Assembly (NCBI GenBank): GCA_041743505.1
Contig: JBGTMQ010000003.1
Coordinates: forward strand, 25,148 to 89,147
DNA from: Candidatus Saccharimonadia bacterium
GTDB lineage: Bacteria > Patescibacteriota > Saccharimonadia > UBA4664
Direction: 5' to 3'
DNA length: 64,000 nt
Part shown: positions 48,071 to 57,913 of the stretch, one piece after another
Layout of the letters: every line of letters begins with the position of its first letter
Numbering within the stretch: position 1 is the first letter of the stretch
Notes under the pieces: generated by a model
What the model saw: the letters and a program-made list of their open reading frames with translations, nothing else
What the model was told of the DNA's origin: nothing
Databases searched by the model: none
Position numbers and translations under genes: made by a program

Positions 48071-49417
48071 CTACGACGATGAGAAACGGTTCAACGTCGC
48101 CTTGGCTTTCTTCAGCCCAATCCGCGGATCACGCAGCACATTCCGGATGCCAGGCCGGCTATGCACACTCACCACATCGGGCAGCTCAGCCGGCGTCAAA
48201 AACGTCTTCGCAAGCCGCACAAATATCGCATTTGTCCAACCAAAACCAACCTGGCCGGGGTACACCCCTTCAGCCGCCTCATCACGAATATTCACAACGT
48301 TATACCGCTCATGAAACACCCCGTCATCCTCAAACTTCACTAAGTTGGCGTTCAGCCACTTACGAGCAATCCGCTCAGCGTCGGTCTTATACCCATAACG
48401 CTCCATAGCCTCCAAACAGACCAAGTGCAATGGCGCCCACCCATTAGGATAAGCCCACTGGGTCGGCAAACTCATCTTAATGTTCGGCTTGGCGGTTGAA
48501 GCGCTAAGCCCACCTTCAAACTCAAACCAATGCATGTTACTCATAACCCGGGTGCTAGTCTTCGCATCTTCCATCCCAGCCCACATCGGATAAAAACCAG
48601 CCAATGACCATACTGGGCTCCGCTTACCAGTCATAAAATTGAAATCAAACCAGAAACCTTTATCCTCGTCCCACATATACTGGCGCATCATCAGCCGGCG
48701 CATCGTCGCCCGCTGCAGCCACTCCTTGGCCTCTTCCTCGTCACCGAGAATAGTTGCAGCTTCCTCAAAGTCCTTCTCGTACTTGTACAACAACGCGTTC
48801 AGATCTACCGGTAAATAACTCAATGCCCGGCGATCAAACCGTGTATTCATATCCCAGCCACTCTCGGCCTCAGCCAGGTCATCAAGCACGTTGATATCAT
48901 AATTGCGCGACAAGCCGTTAAACACTTGCCGCCAGTTCGGCTGTGCGGTACCCATCCAAACTGTTCGGTACTCTTCCTTAGCCACGTTCATGCTGTCGCG
49001 CAGCCAACGCTTATTCCCTTCGAGACGATAAACCTGCAAAATAAAGGATGTTAAAAATGGCGGCTGAGAATGACTTGTATGATAGGCACGCCCCCCATTT
49101 GGAATAATCCTAAATCTCTGCATCAAAACCATCAAATCCTCTACCAAGCCCTTAATCAAGTGCTGGCGCGGCGTACCAATTAAGCCTTGGGCTATGAAGT
49201 AGGTATCCCAATAATATATTTCTTCGAACGCAAACCCTGAACCAGTACTAGCACTCGGCACAAAATAAGGCTTAGGCAAGCCGATAAGCGTCCCGTCATC
49301 ATTCGGCTTAAATCTTTCGAGCTTATCCCAATAACGGTCAATGTACTCGAGCGCCGGTCTCAGACGTTCAGGGTCAAATTGTGGTCCAGGATCAGTACTT
49401 TGTGACATGAGGCTCAA
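48071..49417 (-). CDS. Trehalase (GH37)
   Basis: EIYYWDTYF, IPNG, SQPPFL, AESGWD, QWAYPNGWAP, GFGWTN. Confidence 0.92.
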   Translation of the reverse strand: MSLMSQSTDPGPQFDPERLRPALEYIDRYWDKLERFKPNDDGTLIGLPKPYFVPSASTGSGFAFEEIYYWDTYFIAQGLIGTPRQHLIKGLVEDLMVLMQRFRIIPNGGRAYHTSHSQPPFLTSFILQVYRLEGNKRWLRDSMNVAKEEYRTVWMGTAQPNWRQVFNGLSRNYDINVLDDLAEAESGWDMNTRFDRRALSYLPVDLNALLYKYEKDFEEAATILGDEEEAKEWLQRATMRRLMMRQYMWDEDKGFWFDFNFMTGKRSPVWSLAGFYPMWAGMEDAKTSTRVMSNMHWFEFEGGLSASTAKPNIKMSLPTQWAYPNGWAPLHLVCLEAMERYGYKTDAERIARKWLNANLVKFEDDGVFHERYNVVNIRDEAAEGVYPGQVGFGWTNAIFVRLAKTFLTPAELPDVVSVHSRPGIRNVLRDPRIGLKKAKATLNRFSSS

Positions 49418-49484
49418 ACAGGTTACAGTTACGTTGGTTTAGCCCTAGCGTAGTTGCACTGCCCGCCATTGTAAAGCCAGCTAT

Positions 49485-50591
49485 CTAGGACTCCGGCACA
49501 TCCCCTGGCTGCGGAGGAACACTAAATATATTCTGTACCCTCTCCTGGATTGCGTCAAAGGTTCCATCAGCCGGCAAGAGATCACCGCCACTACGAGATC
49601 CCTTGAGGTATCCACCCTTGGCCGTACTAAGCACCAAGTGGATCGGCTGATTCTTCTGAGCCGCTTGCCAATCCAATGCCAACTGAATCAGTTGTACGGC
49701 CCCCATATCAGTCTCAAGACCGTCGCGCAGAGCCGCCGTCACCGGAGTCAGCTTGGCTGGATCAACAATGGTCTGCCAGTTAGCCGCCTTATCACGCACC
49801 AACCCGATGATCTCTTGCTGGCGCTTAGCCCGGCCAAAATCATCACCACAGGTGCCTTTGCGACAACGCGCGTACTGCAATGCCTTAGCACCATCCATAT
49901 GCTGCCGGCCCGCCTCAATCACCAAACCGCAAGACTTACCCGGGTTATCATCACACGGGTATTCCCGGTCAACCAGCCGCTGCTGCACATCTACGTCCAC
50001 ACCACCCACCGCATCAACCAATTTTTTCAACCCGGTAAAGTTCGTCTCCACGTAGTAATGAAGCGGTATACCCAGCGTATCGCTAACCGTCTGCTCAGCC
50101 AGCTTGGGGCCGCCCAGTGCATTTGCCAGGTTAACCTTGTTGTAACCATAACCCGGCACTTTCACCCGTAGATCCCGTGGGAGGCTGATTTGCGCCACCT
50201 GTTTGGTCCGTGTATCCAAACTCACCACCATCATACTATCGGATAATTTCTCTCCCGAATGACCCGGGTCGCCGACCCCCAGCACCAGAATATTCGTCCG
50301 TCCAGTCGTATCAGTCGCCAAGCCGGTCAAGTCAAACGGTTGTGTTGAAATTCTCGCAACGTTATTAATAATAACCGCTGCATAACCCACCACCGCCACT
50401 GTCAACAACACGAAAACGACAGCCAAAAACCGCCTCCATTTACGACGACGTGGCGGCCGTGACCGGGGCAGCGGCACAGGCTGTTCAAGTGCTGGCTGGC
50501 CAAGCGAATTCACGTATTCATCGGGCGTCGGCATATACGGCCGCTGACCAGAGCGGCTTTCTGGTGGATTAGGCGATGATTCCATGGCCAA
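49485..50591 (-). CDS. LytR-CpsA-Psr (LCP) family glycopolymer transferase
   Basis: TM, NILVLGVG, SDSMMV, SLPRDL, VDAVGGV, ALQYAR, DFGRAKRQQ. Confidence 0.92.
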   Translation of the reverse strand: MAMESSPNPPESRSGQRPYMPTPDEYVNSLGQPALEQPVPLPRSRPPRRRKWRRFLAVVFVLLTVAVVGYAAVIINNVARISTQPFDLTGLATDTTGRTNILVLGVGDPGHSGEKLSDSMMVVSLDTRTKQVAQISLPRDLRVKVPGYGYNKVNLANALGGPKLAEQTVSDTLGIPLHYYVETNFTGLKKLVDAVGGVDVDVQQRLVDREYPCDDNPGKSCGLVIEAGRQHMDGAKALQYARCRKGTCGDDFGRAKRQQEIIGLVRDKAANWQTIVDPAKLTPVTAALRDGLETDMGAVQLIQLALDWQAAQKNQPIHLVLSTAKGGYLKGSRSGGDLLPADGTFDAIQERVQNIFSVPPQPGDVPES

Positions 50592-50701
50592 ATTATACTC
50601 CTAATCCTTAATCTAAGCACAACACGACACTTGGCCATAGCCCATCAATGTGGTATAAAGGTACGGTTGCACCCAACCGTACCATGCCGTAGGGAGATGA
50701 T

Positions 50702-51334
50702 ATGTCTCGGAAGATAGTCAGGGCAACAGTTTTGTTGCTGGCGCTCCTCACAGCAATCCTCACCGGCTGTAGCAGCCACGATGTCAGCGGCACCTCGGCC
50801 ACCAAGTCATTTCCTGACACTCCGCCCGTTACACAACCCCCGGTTACACCGACACCAACGCTCAGCACACCGCCGGCAACCGAGCCACAAGCACCCCCGG
50901 CGACAACTGCTAAAGCCTCAACCACCGCTGAGTCTCCAAGCCCAACTTACTCAGAACCAGACCCCGCGGAAGACTACCAGGCAGTAGTCAACCGAAACGT
51001 CTGTTGGCTGCCCGGGCCCAATTACCTTACCTACGTCAAGCCATCTGACCACAGGTACTTATGGTTCTTCGTGCGCAACATCAGCCCAGCCACTCAAATC
51101 CAGACCCCGGCTTGGCCTCACTGGACCCAGTACCAGGATGGCGAGTACCGGATCGAAGGCCAATACAAGGATTCAAACGGCCAGGACATGTGGACCGAAT
51201 CCGACTTCTTTACAGCCCCGTTCTGGACTAATCAGAAGCCATCAAAACGACGAGACCAGACTGAGGCATACGATCAAATCAAGGAACGCTGGCATTATGG
51301 CATCGAGGCAATCAACCTCGCCTCCCAGTGCTAA
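50702..51334 (+). CDS. Lipoprotein with Pro/Thr-rich linker
   Basis: GGGAG RBS, lipobox ILTGC, PT-rich linker, Trp/Tyr-rich C-terminal domain. Confidence 0.8.
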   Translation: MSRKIVRATVLLLALLTAILTGCSSHDVSGTSATKSFPDTPPVTQPPVTPTPTLSTPPATEPQAPPATTAKASTTAESPSPTYSEPDPAEDYQAVVNRNVCWLPGPNYLTYVKPSDHRYLWFFVRNISPATQIQTPAWPHWTQYQDGEYRIEGQYKDSNGQDMWTESDFFTAPFWTNQKPSKRRDQTEAYDQIKERWHYGIEAINLASQC

Positions 51335-51340
51335 GCAGGC

Positions 51341-51376
51341 AGGCCGGTAACGAACGCTGTTCGTTACCGGCCTTTT
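51341..51376 (+). terminator. Intrinsic terminator
   Basis: aggccggtaacgaac-gct-gttcgttaccggcct-ttt. Confidence 0.85.
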
Positions 51377-51396
51377 CTACCTTCCAACAAACGAAG

Positions 51397-52137
51397 TTAT
51401 GAATCCAGCAACGGGTGGCTCATGCTAATTCGAATAAACGGCTCAGCGTGAGTACAACCATGCCGCTGACCCATCTCGCGACCCAAATCATCCGTCCACG
51501 AACTAGCTGCAACCATATCAACCTGGCTGACATGAGCTGCAATCGCCCTCAACTTTGCTTCATATGTTGTAGAAATATCTACATAATAGTTGGCGTTATC
51601 AAACACCATCGTCAAAAGAAGCTCTCTAGTTTTATGCGGCTCCAAGCCCTCAGCCATCAGTTCCGGGAAGCTCAAATGATCCCGCGCCAATGGATAAACC
51701 GCATCCATAGTAGCCAGACCTACATTACGATGGTCACTATGGTTTATCATGTTGCGCGCTGCACTATAAAGAAACATCGGATCCAACGTTACCACCGTAT
51801 CAGGCTTAACTTGTCGAATCACCCGGACAATGTCCCGTTTCAGTACTGCGCTAGCCTCAGTCACACCGTCTTCGTAATCCAAAAACTGAACGCTTTTCAC
51901 GCCCAAGATATCTGCCGCATCCCGCTGCTCCTGACGGCGAATCTCAGTCAGCTCATAACTGGCTATTTTGCGGTCTTCCGAACCCTTGCCACCGTCAGTA
52001 CATATCAAATAATGAACCTCGGCCCCACCTTCTATCCACTTCGCCACACTACCCGAGACCATAAATTCCAAGTCATCCGGATGGGCTGCTACGCATAACA
52101 CAATATTGGGCTTAAATTCAGAGTTTTTGGGTTTCAT
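51397..52137 (-). CDS. PIG-L/LmbE family deacetylase
   Basis: AHPDD, TDGGKG, RRQE, HSDH, AHVSQ. Confidence 0.9.
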   Translation of the reverse strand: MKPKNSEFKPNIVLCVAAHPDDLEFMVSGSVAKWIEGGAEVHYLICTDGGKGSEDRKIASYELTEIRRQEQRDAADILGVKSVQFLDYEDGVTEASAVLKRDIVRVIRQVKPDTVVTLDPMFLYSAARNMINHSDHRNVGLATMDAVYPLARDHLSFPELMAEGLEPHKTRELLLTMVFDNANYYVDISTTYEAKLRAIAAHVSQVDMVAASSWTDDLGREMGQRHGCTHAEPFIRISMSHPLLDS

Positions 52138-52167
52138 GCGACCATAATAACACGTTCAGTCCTACAG

Positions 52168-52545
52168 CTATCTTTTCGCCATGCTCAGTCCCGCCTTAAC
52201 CACCCACATCATCAAACCCACCACCACAAGACCGCCCATCAGTACCCGGTTGCGATCGACAATCGGCACAAATTGCGGGCCATCCGGTGTACGCCTTATG
52301 TACCCAACCGGCGAGGTGACGATATTAAGCCCTAGGCCCATACCCCGGCCCCTGCCTCGCTGCTCAAGCTCACCGGCTACGCCAACCGCGTCAGTACCAC
52401 CACCGCCGCCGCCACGGATCATCACCCGCGACACCGGGATGATAATGTTCACACCCTCTCCTATTGGCTCACCAAATACCGCTCGCACATTTGCTGTTTT
52501 CTCAATCCGGTCTGCCAACTCTTTGATTAACTCGCTTGCATCCAT
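52168..52545 (-). CDS. YtfJ/GerW-like protein with C-terminal TM
   Basis: VFGEPI, IIPVSRV..GGGGG, PVGYI; GGAGG RBS. Confidence 0.8.
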   Translation of the reverse strand: MDASELIKELADRIEKTANVRAVFGEPIGEGVNIIIPVSRVMIRGGGGGGTDAVGVAGELEQRGRGRGMGLGLNIVTSPVGYIRRTPDGPQFVPIVDRNRVLMGGLVVVGLMMWVVKAGLSMAKR

Positions 52546-52652
52546 AACTAACCCTCCTTACCCTAAAAATATGCCTCAAACGAGCCACCCATAGATACGT
52601 CACAAACACTAAATAATGTCGGATTTTTTATTTTTATTGCATTAATTATTCA

Positions 52653-53312
52653 TTATTCGCTCTGTGCAGCCACCAGTTCCAGGTCAAAGACCAGCAACGA
52701 GTTTGGCGGTATTGGGTCTTTGCCTTGCTGACCATAACCACCCGCTGGCGGCACAATCAGCCGGCGGCGGCCACCCACCTTCATCCCTAACACACCCGCT
52801 TCAAAACCAGAAATTATCTTACGCTCGCTCGGAGCAAACACAAACGGCTGGCCCTTAGCATACGTATCATCAAACTTACGACCATCAGCCAGCCAGCCGG
52901 TATAGTTAATCACCAGCTTATCCGTAGCCTTGGCCTCAACGCCTTTTCCCGGCAAATAATCTATAAAGTGCACTTCTTTAGAATCTTGGTACTTGGCATA
53001 ATCCGCCAGTTCCTTGGCAGTTGGCACCGGACCTGGCCGCCCCGCGCTCACCACCCCATCAGAACCACTAACAGCCCCTGAACCGCCGGCAGATTGGCCG
53101 GCCAATGGCACGCCTTGGGTCCCACCGCCGGCCTCACCAACCCTCAACCCCGAAGCGTCGCTATCCTTGCCGCCCGAACCCTCTAGCGCCACCGTCCCAC
53201 CTTTAGAGTTAACCTGTTCCGGCGCGGGTCTTGTCATCCACCACGCGGCGCCACCACCGCCCAACAAGGCAGCGGCCGTTACACTCCCGGCTATCAGAAT
53301 CATCTTACGCAT
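52653..53312 (-). CDS. FKBP-type peptidyl-prolyl isomerase, membrane anchored
   Basis: YTGWLADGRKFD, GMKVGGRRRLIVPP..GYG, IPPNSLLVFDLEL; start MRKMIL at 53312. Confidence 0.92.
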   Translation of the reverse strand: MRKMILIAGSVTAAALLGGGGAAWWMTRPAPEQVNSKGGTVALEGSGGKDSDASGLRVGEAGGGTQGVPLAGQSAGGSGAVSGSDGVVSAGRPGPVPTAKELADYAKYQDSKEVHFIDYLPGKGVEAKATDKLVINYTGWLADGRKFDDTYAKGQPFVFAPSERKIISGFEAGVLGMKVGGRRRLIVPPAGGYGQQGKDPIPPNSLLVFDLELVAAQSE

Positions 53313-53339
53313 ATATCTGATTGTAACCCACAAGCGAAA

Positions 53340-53364
53340 GGCCGGACCAAAATTCGGTCCGGCC
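53340..53364 (-). terminator. Hairpin downstream of the YjjX-like gene
   Basis: ggccggacc...ggtccggcc. Confidence 0.6.
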
Positions 53365-53373
53365 AAGTACTTG

Positions 53374-53901
53374 TTACCACAGCTCAGGGTGAGTGAAGCG
53401 CGCCAAGGCAATCAGGGTCGCCATCGCATAGGCTTCTGCTCGCGGCATATGACCATTAGTCTGATAGCCGAAAAACCCACCGCCGGTGCCAATCTTTGCG
53501 ATGCCGGTCTCAACTTCCATTGCCTCGTTGAGATTTCTACCTAGCTGAACATGCGTCATCAGCCTGGGCGGCATTTGAAAGCCATTCGTCGTACCGATGC
53601 ACTCCCTGCCCCCGCGGTCTACAACCACAACCCAGCCACATTCAAGCTCCCGGTCGAGAACCTGGTACAGCCCGCCTTCCATACCAACCCCGTAGTCAGA
53701 CTCCGGTACGGCAAGTATCACCGCGCGAGCCCGGTTGAGAGCTCCTTCAAGGCTCTCTTCAGCCGTCCTAGGCTGCTCAGAGACTCCGGAGTCAACCTTG
53801 ATACCCTGAACCTCAACTGACAAATCAGGCCACGCCATAGTAAAGCCAAGGCGCGCGGCTTCCAGCTTTGGACCGGTTTTGCTGCCAACAGCCACTAGCA
53901 T
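53374..53901 (-). CDS. yjjX: Inosine/xanthosine triphosphatase (YjjX/DUF84 family)
   Basis: VGS..PK, VDSGVSEQP, GALNRA, GVGMEGG. Confidence 0.85.
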   Translation of the reverse strand: MLVAVGSKTGPKLEAARLGFTMAWPDLSVEVQGIKVDSGVSEQPRTAEESLEGALNRARAVILAVPESDYGVGMEGGLYQVLDRELECGWVVVVDRGGRECIGTTNGFQMPPRLMTHVQLGRNLNEAMEVETGIAKIGTGGGFFGYQTNGHMPRAEAYAMATLIALARFTHPELW

Positions 53902-54090
53902 ACAAATCCTTCCTTCTGCTACAGATAAACCTCTGTCGCCAACAGTATATCATCACGCTTTCGCCACAACAGTCGCCACTACAATCAGCCCAACAATCAG
54001 TCCGTTTATTGATTTATGTAACGCCATATGTCAAGCTATCTCCGTCTCGGGAACTCCCGCGATCCTTTACATCTATGCAGAGGAGATAAC

Positions 54091-56166
54091 ATGGCTTCCG
54101 CCGCTAGCGTGGCGCTGTCTTGTGGTATCGTCCCGCTAATCGACCGGGTAATGGCCGTACTTGAGATCACTCCTGAGGTCAATCGCGCCAGGTTCCGCCA
54201 TAACGTGCTAGTCCTCGACTGCTCCGGCAGTATGTGGAGCTCCATCGAGTCAGTCAAAACGGATGCCTGCCAATTCATCAATGAGCTGGATGAAAACAAC
54301 TACGTCTCAGTAGTCATCTTCTCAGGACATGACCGGGCCAAGCTCCTGACAGGGCCGGTACTTTGCCGGGCTAACGGCCGGCAAGTCCTCGTCCAGGCCA
54401 TCCGCCAAGGTGTCCACATCATGGACACCACCGTGTTCTCGGAACCGCTGGAGCTCGTCCTCGAGCACCTGAACCGGCTCAGCGATGATCACATTGCCTC
54501 ACAAGCCGTCCTCTTCACCGATGGCCGCGCTGTTCCAACCCGCTGGGGCCTCGAAACCGAGGAGACCAAGGCCCTCGTCGCCGCTAAGGCACTATATGAG
54601 CACGGCGCCGCCGTCTCAGTTATGGCCTACGGCGCCCACTACGACGAGGACTTCGTCCGGCGCCTCGTCATGGCTGGTGGCTCCACCGGCATCTTCCGCC
54701 ACATGTCCAGGGCCGAAGACTTCGCCGAAGTTGTCCGCGACATTCAAGGCACCTTCGCCAAGATCGAGTTGAGCAACATCAAGCTCACCATTACTCCCGG
54801 CCAAGGCGAAGTCACCGCTATTTACCGCGCCCTGCCCGAAGTCCTCAAGCTCAGCACCGGAAAGAGCTTCTCAGCCCGCGGCCTCTACGACCAGAAACTG
54901 GTTTGCTACATCGATCTAACCGCCGCCACCGACAAGATTTATGTCACGGGAAGCATCGACGGACAAACCATCAAGCAGATCTGCGAGCCCAATCCGCTCA
55001 CCTCGCAGCAGCAACTGGACTGCCTCCGCCTCATCGCCTCCCACCTGGCCGCCAGCGGTCAGACCACCGAAGCCGCCGAGCTGTTCATTCAGCTAGACGA
55101 GCCCGGCCTGGCCGAAATGCTTACCCAGGCCTACACCCGCCAGGAGCAACGCCGCAACCATGACTGGGCCCGCCGGGCTTTCCGTACCGTCAGGTTCATC
55201 GGCGCCGGTCTCAAGCCCAGTGGGCCGAATCGCTGCGTCATGAACGTCCTGGCGACCCTCGCCAACGACCCGTCAGTAGTGATGAGTTTGCCAGCCGGCG
55301 CGTACAAGCGTGGAGGTATACGACGAGAAGACCCCCGCATCGTCGCCTCGCCCATGGGCAGCACCCTCAAAGTTGTCAGCTACACCGGCAACGAACAGCG
55401 CTTTAACTTCTCCGTTACCACTCAGAAAGATGTAAAGGTACTACCCGCAGGCGACGATGGCAACATCATCGAGGGCGCTCCAGTGCCAGCGGTAGTCTAC
55501 CGCACCTACAACCTCATCCGCGACGGAGAGTTGGTCATGGATGAAATTGTCGCAAGTATGTCCGAACCCAGCTTCACCGTACTCCAAGCCGCCGGCGCCA
55601 TTGACGCTCATGAAGTCTATAAGCCAGGGCGAAGCTACACACTGCGCCTGGCCGACATGCCAATGGTGTCGTCAAACTGGGCCCGTCCCGGCAGCCTGGG
55701 CCTCATCGAGGTGCTGCAACAAATCGCCGAGATCAAGGTCAAGCAAACGGCCCTCAACAGCCACACAGGTTTACTCGGCAAGCCCAACATCCCGGAATTC
55801 GACGGTAATGTTTACAACGAACGCGCCGAAACGGTCGCGGGCGCTGAACTGGAATACTACACTGCCAGCCACATGGAGCTGCGTCTGATGGGCTACAAGG
55901 CCCGTAAGTACACCGATGAGGTTAGTCAGTTCAACTTGGATGATGCCACTGCCGCCGTCAAACACATACGCCGGGAGCTGCGCCGGCTCCGCTTCCGCGC
56001 TCGCTGCATTGCCTTCGCCTGCGAAGCCACCGGCTGGAACACCGTCAACTGGGGCGAACCCGTTCAAACGCAACGTGGCACATTCCCCAAGCAGGAATAC
56101 ACCGCCAGTCTCGGCGGCCAACGCGTCAAGCGTGTTGTGTGGGAAGCCGACGTCCCCTTCTCATAA
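54091..56166 (+). CDS. von Willebrand factor A domain protein with long C-terminal extension
   Basis: MIDAS DCSGS, T, FTDG; GAGGAG RBS before ATG 54091. Confidence 0.85.
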   Translation: MASAASVALSCGIVPLIDRVMAVLEITPEVNRARFRHNVLVLDCSGSMWSSIESVKTDACQFINELDENNYVSVVIFSGHDRAKLLTGPVLCRANGRQVLVQAIRQGVHIMDTTVFSEPLELVLEHLNRLSDDHIASQAVLFTDGRAVPTRWGLETEETKALVAAKALYEHGAAVSVMAYGAHYDEDFVRRLVMAGGSTGIFRHMSRAEDFAEVVRDIQGTFAKIELSNIKLTITPGQGEVTAIYRALPEVLKLSTGKSFSARGLYDQKLVCYIDLTAATDKIYVTGSIDGQTIKQICEPNPLTSQQQLDCLRLIASHLAASGQTTEAAELFIQLDEPGLAEMLTQAYTRQEQRRNHDWARRAFRTVRFIGAGLKPSGPNRCVMNVLATLANDPSVVMSLPAGAYKRGGIRREDPRIVASPMGSTLKVVSYTGNEQRFNFSVTTQKDVKVLPAGDDGNIIEGAPVPAVVYRTYNLIRDGELVMDEIVASMSEPSFTVLQAAGAIDAHEVYKPGRSYTLRLADMPMVSSNWARPGSLGLIEVLQQIAEIKVKQTALNSHTGLLGKPNIPEFDGNVYNERAETVAGAELEYYTASHMELRLMGYKARKYTDEVSQFNLDDATAAVKHIRRELRRLRFRARCIAFACEATGWNTVNWGEPVQTQRGTFPKQEYTASLGGQRVKRVVWEADVPFS

Positions 56167-56186
56167 CACGCTCACCGCATAGCAAT

Positions 56187-56234
56187 AACGACTCTAGATT
56201 CTCGAGCTCAGCTCGTTAATCTGGAGTCGTTTTT
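56187..56234 (+). terminator. Terminator hairpin after the vWA gene
   Basis: aacgactctagatt...aatctggagtcgtt-ttt. Confidence 0.7.
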
Positions 56235-56281
56235 CATCCACTTTCGTTGTAATTACAACAACAAAAATGAATTAATCCCCT

Positions 56282-56665
56282 TTAGTCGGTCCAAACCACC
56301 CGGTACGGCAATCCTTGGGCAGCCACTGCCTGAATAACTTCCTCGTAGGTGTAGTTAAACGTTCCCTTATTCTCGAAGCCCGGCAAGCCGTTAGCTTCAA
56401 GAAGCTCGTTGAGCTGCTCCCAGTACGACATGTAACCCACCCGGCGCCACAACACCCTGCCTTCAGCTTCAGCCGCTTCAATCGCCGCCCGGACAGTCCG
56501 GTACACGTTATCATCAACACCCGCAGCCAACATGAATTCCCTAGTGCAACCGAAGTAAAACAACGCCCCTTCAAGCTCGTTCGCCATAACCTTGCCGCTC
56601 CGCATCGCCCGAAGCAGCCCGCTATAGGAAATGAACAGCGTGGTAGTCTTAACGCTCGTTCTCAC
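56282..56665 (-). CDS. Hypothetical protein
   Basis: 127-aa ORF, GGAAGG RBS, GTG start. Confidence 0.65.
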   Translation of the reverse strand: MRTSVKTTTLFISYSGLLRAMRSGKVMANELEGALFYFGCTREFMLAAGVDDNVYRTVRAAIEAAEAEGRVLWRRVGYMSYWEQLNELLEANGLPGFENKGTFNYTYEEVIQAVAAQGLPYRVVWTD

Positions 56666-56812
56666 AAGAACCTTCCAATCAAGAGCACCAAATACCAGGA
56701 CGCTGATTACATTAACATAATTTATTTATAGTCGTATCTATTGACTTTATATATATAATATGTTAATATGTAGAAGCATTGACATCGGCATCCGTCCTAC
56801 CCAGGAGGCGCA

Positions 56813-57136
56813 ATGAGCCCGGCCGCAACCTTCTTCCGGAAAGATGATGTTATCATCTGGAATCCTGATCACATCGGTAAAACCCCGTGGCTGCAGCAAG
56901 AGCTGGGTAACGGACCGTTCACGGTCATCGAACCCATCGATGTACCCAACGAATGCCAATTTCCGGACACCCATTGCTCCAACGGCGAACACCCACCACA
57001 CTGCCCCGTCAAGTCAAGCCAGTCGGTTGGCCACCCTCAATGGGTAACTATCCGGCAGCCTAATGGACATGTATCACAAGGCACAATCCACCACGACAAT
57101 GCACAATACTCAGGATGGTGGTTCATCCACGCCTGA
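56813..57136 (+). CDS. Hypothetical His/Cys-rich protein
   Basis: AGGAGG RBS; C..DTHC..GEHPPHC cluster; C-terminal GWWF. Confidence 0.7.
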   Translation: MSPAATFFRKDDVIIWNPDHIGKTPWLQQELGNGPFTVIEPIDVPNECQFPDTHCSNGEHPPHCPVKSSQSVGHPQWVTIRQPNGHVSQGTIHHDNAQYSGWWFIHA

Positions 57137-57151
57137 TCCGCCCCGCACCGT

Positions 57152-57853
57152 TCAAGCGAACACCCGTTGGCTGAATTGGCCAGCGGGGCGTTCGCTTTTC
57201 TGCCCAAAATACTGCGCTTCCCAAAGCAAAGCGCCCCCACGATGAGGGCAGCAATGCCCGCCCGTGAGGGCGAAAAACGAACAACGTCGGCCAAACCAGC
57301 CTTCAATCAGGCGGCCGATGGACCCTAGCAAACCCGTTGTGAGGATATAGATCCGGTATACACCCGACCCCACACCGTAATAAGCTGTCTCAAGCTCGAC
57401 CTTCAGACAGCTTTGGCCGTACAAAGATCCCAGGACATACGAGAATCCGTCCTCAGCCAGCTGCCTGGCGCAAGAAGCGAGATCCGAAGCAACAACCACC
57501 ACGTAGCCCCCGCCTCCAGGCAAGCCGAGGCCATTTGATGTCACCAGTGCTAGACTCGGCAAAAGATTGCCGTACCACCAGCCCAGCTTAGAATCCACGG
57601 CCTGAAAGCCAGCCATAGCAGTACCACCCTCGGGCAAACAGAACTGATACGGATTCACCAGCCGGCCGGCAAACTCATCCCGAAGGGCCAGATACTGCTC
57701 GCTGGTGACACAAAAGCCGAAATGGTCAAGACGGGTGTTAGGAAGCACAGGTACACCCCGCGTCCGTACCGTCCATTCCACTGCATGCAGACAGTCGTTA
57801 ATGACACCCTGAGGCGTAACAATAGCAGTCAGTTTACGCATCTCGCACCTCAA
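57152..57853 (-). CDS. Hypothetical protein (weak VOC/glyoxalase-like appearance)
   Basis: 233-aa ORF; LDHFGFCV and DL..C...L...G patterns. Confidence 0.55.
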   Translation of the reverse strand: MRCEMRKLTAIVTPQGVINDCLHAVEWTVRTRGVPVLPNTRLDHFGFCVTSEQYLALRDEFAGRLVNPYQFCLPEGGTAMAGFQAVDSKLGWWYGNLLPSLALVTSNGLGLPGGGGYVVVVASDLASCARQLAEDGFSYVLGSLYGQSCLKVELETAYYGVGSGVYRIYILTTGLLGSIGRLIEGWFGRRCSFFALTGGHCCPHRGGALLWEAQYFGQKSERPAGQFSQRVFA

Positions 57854-57913
57854 TCGTGAGAAGGAACTAGGAATATATAATTATAGCATAAAAATTTAAT
57901 ATTTGCAATATCA

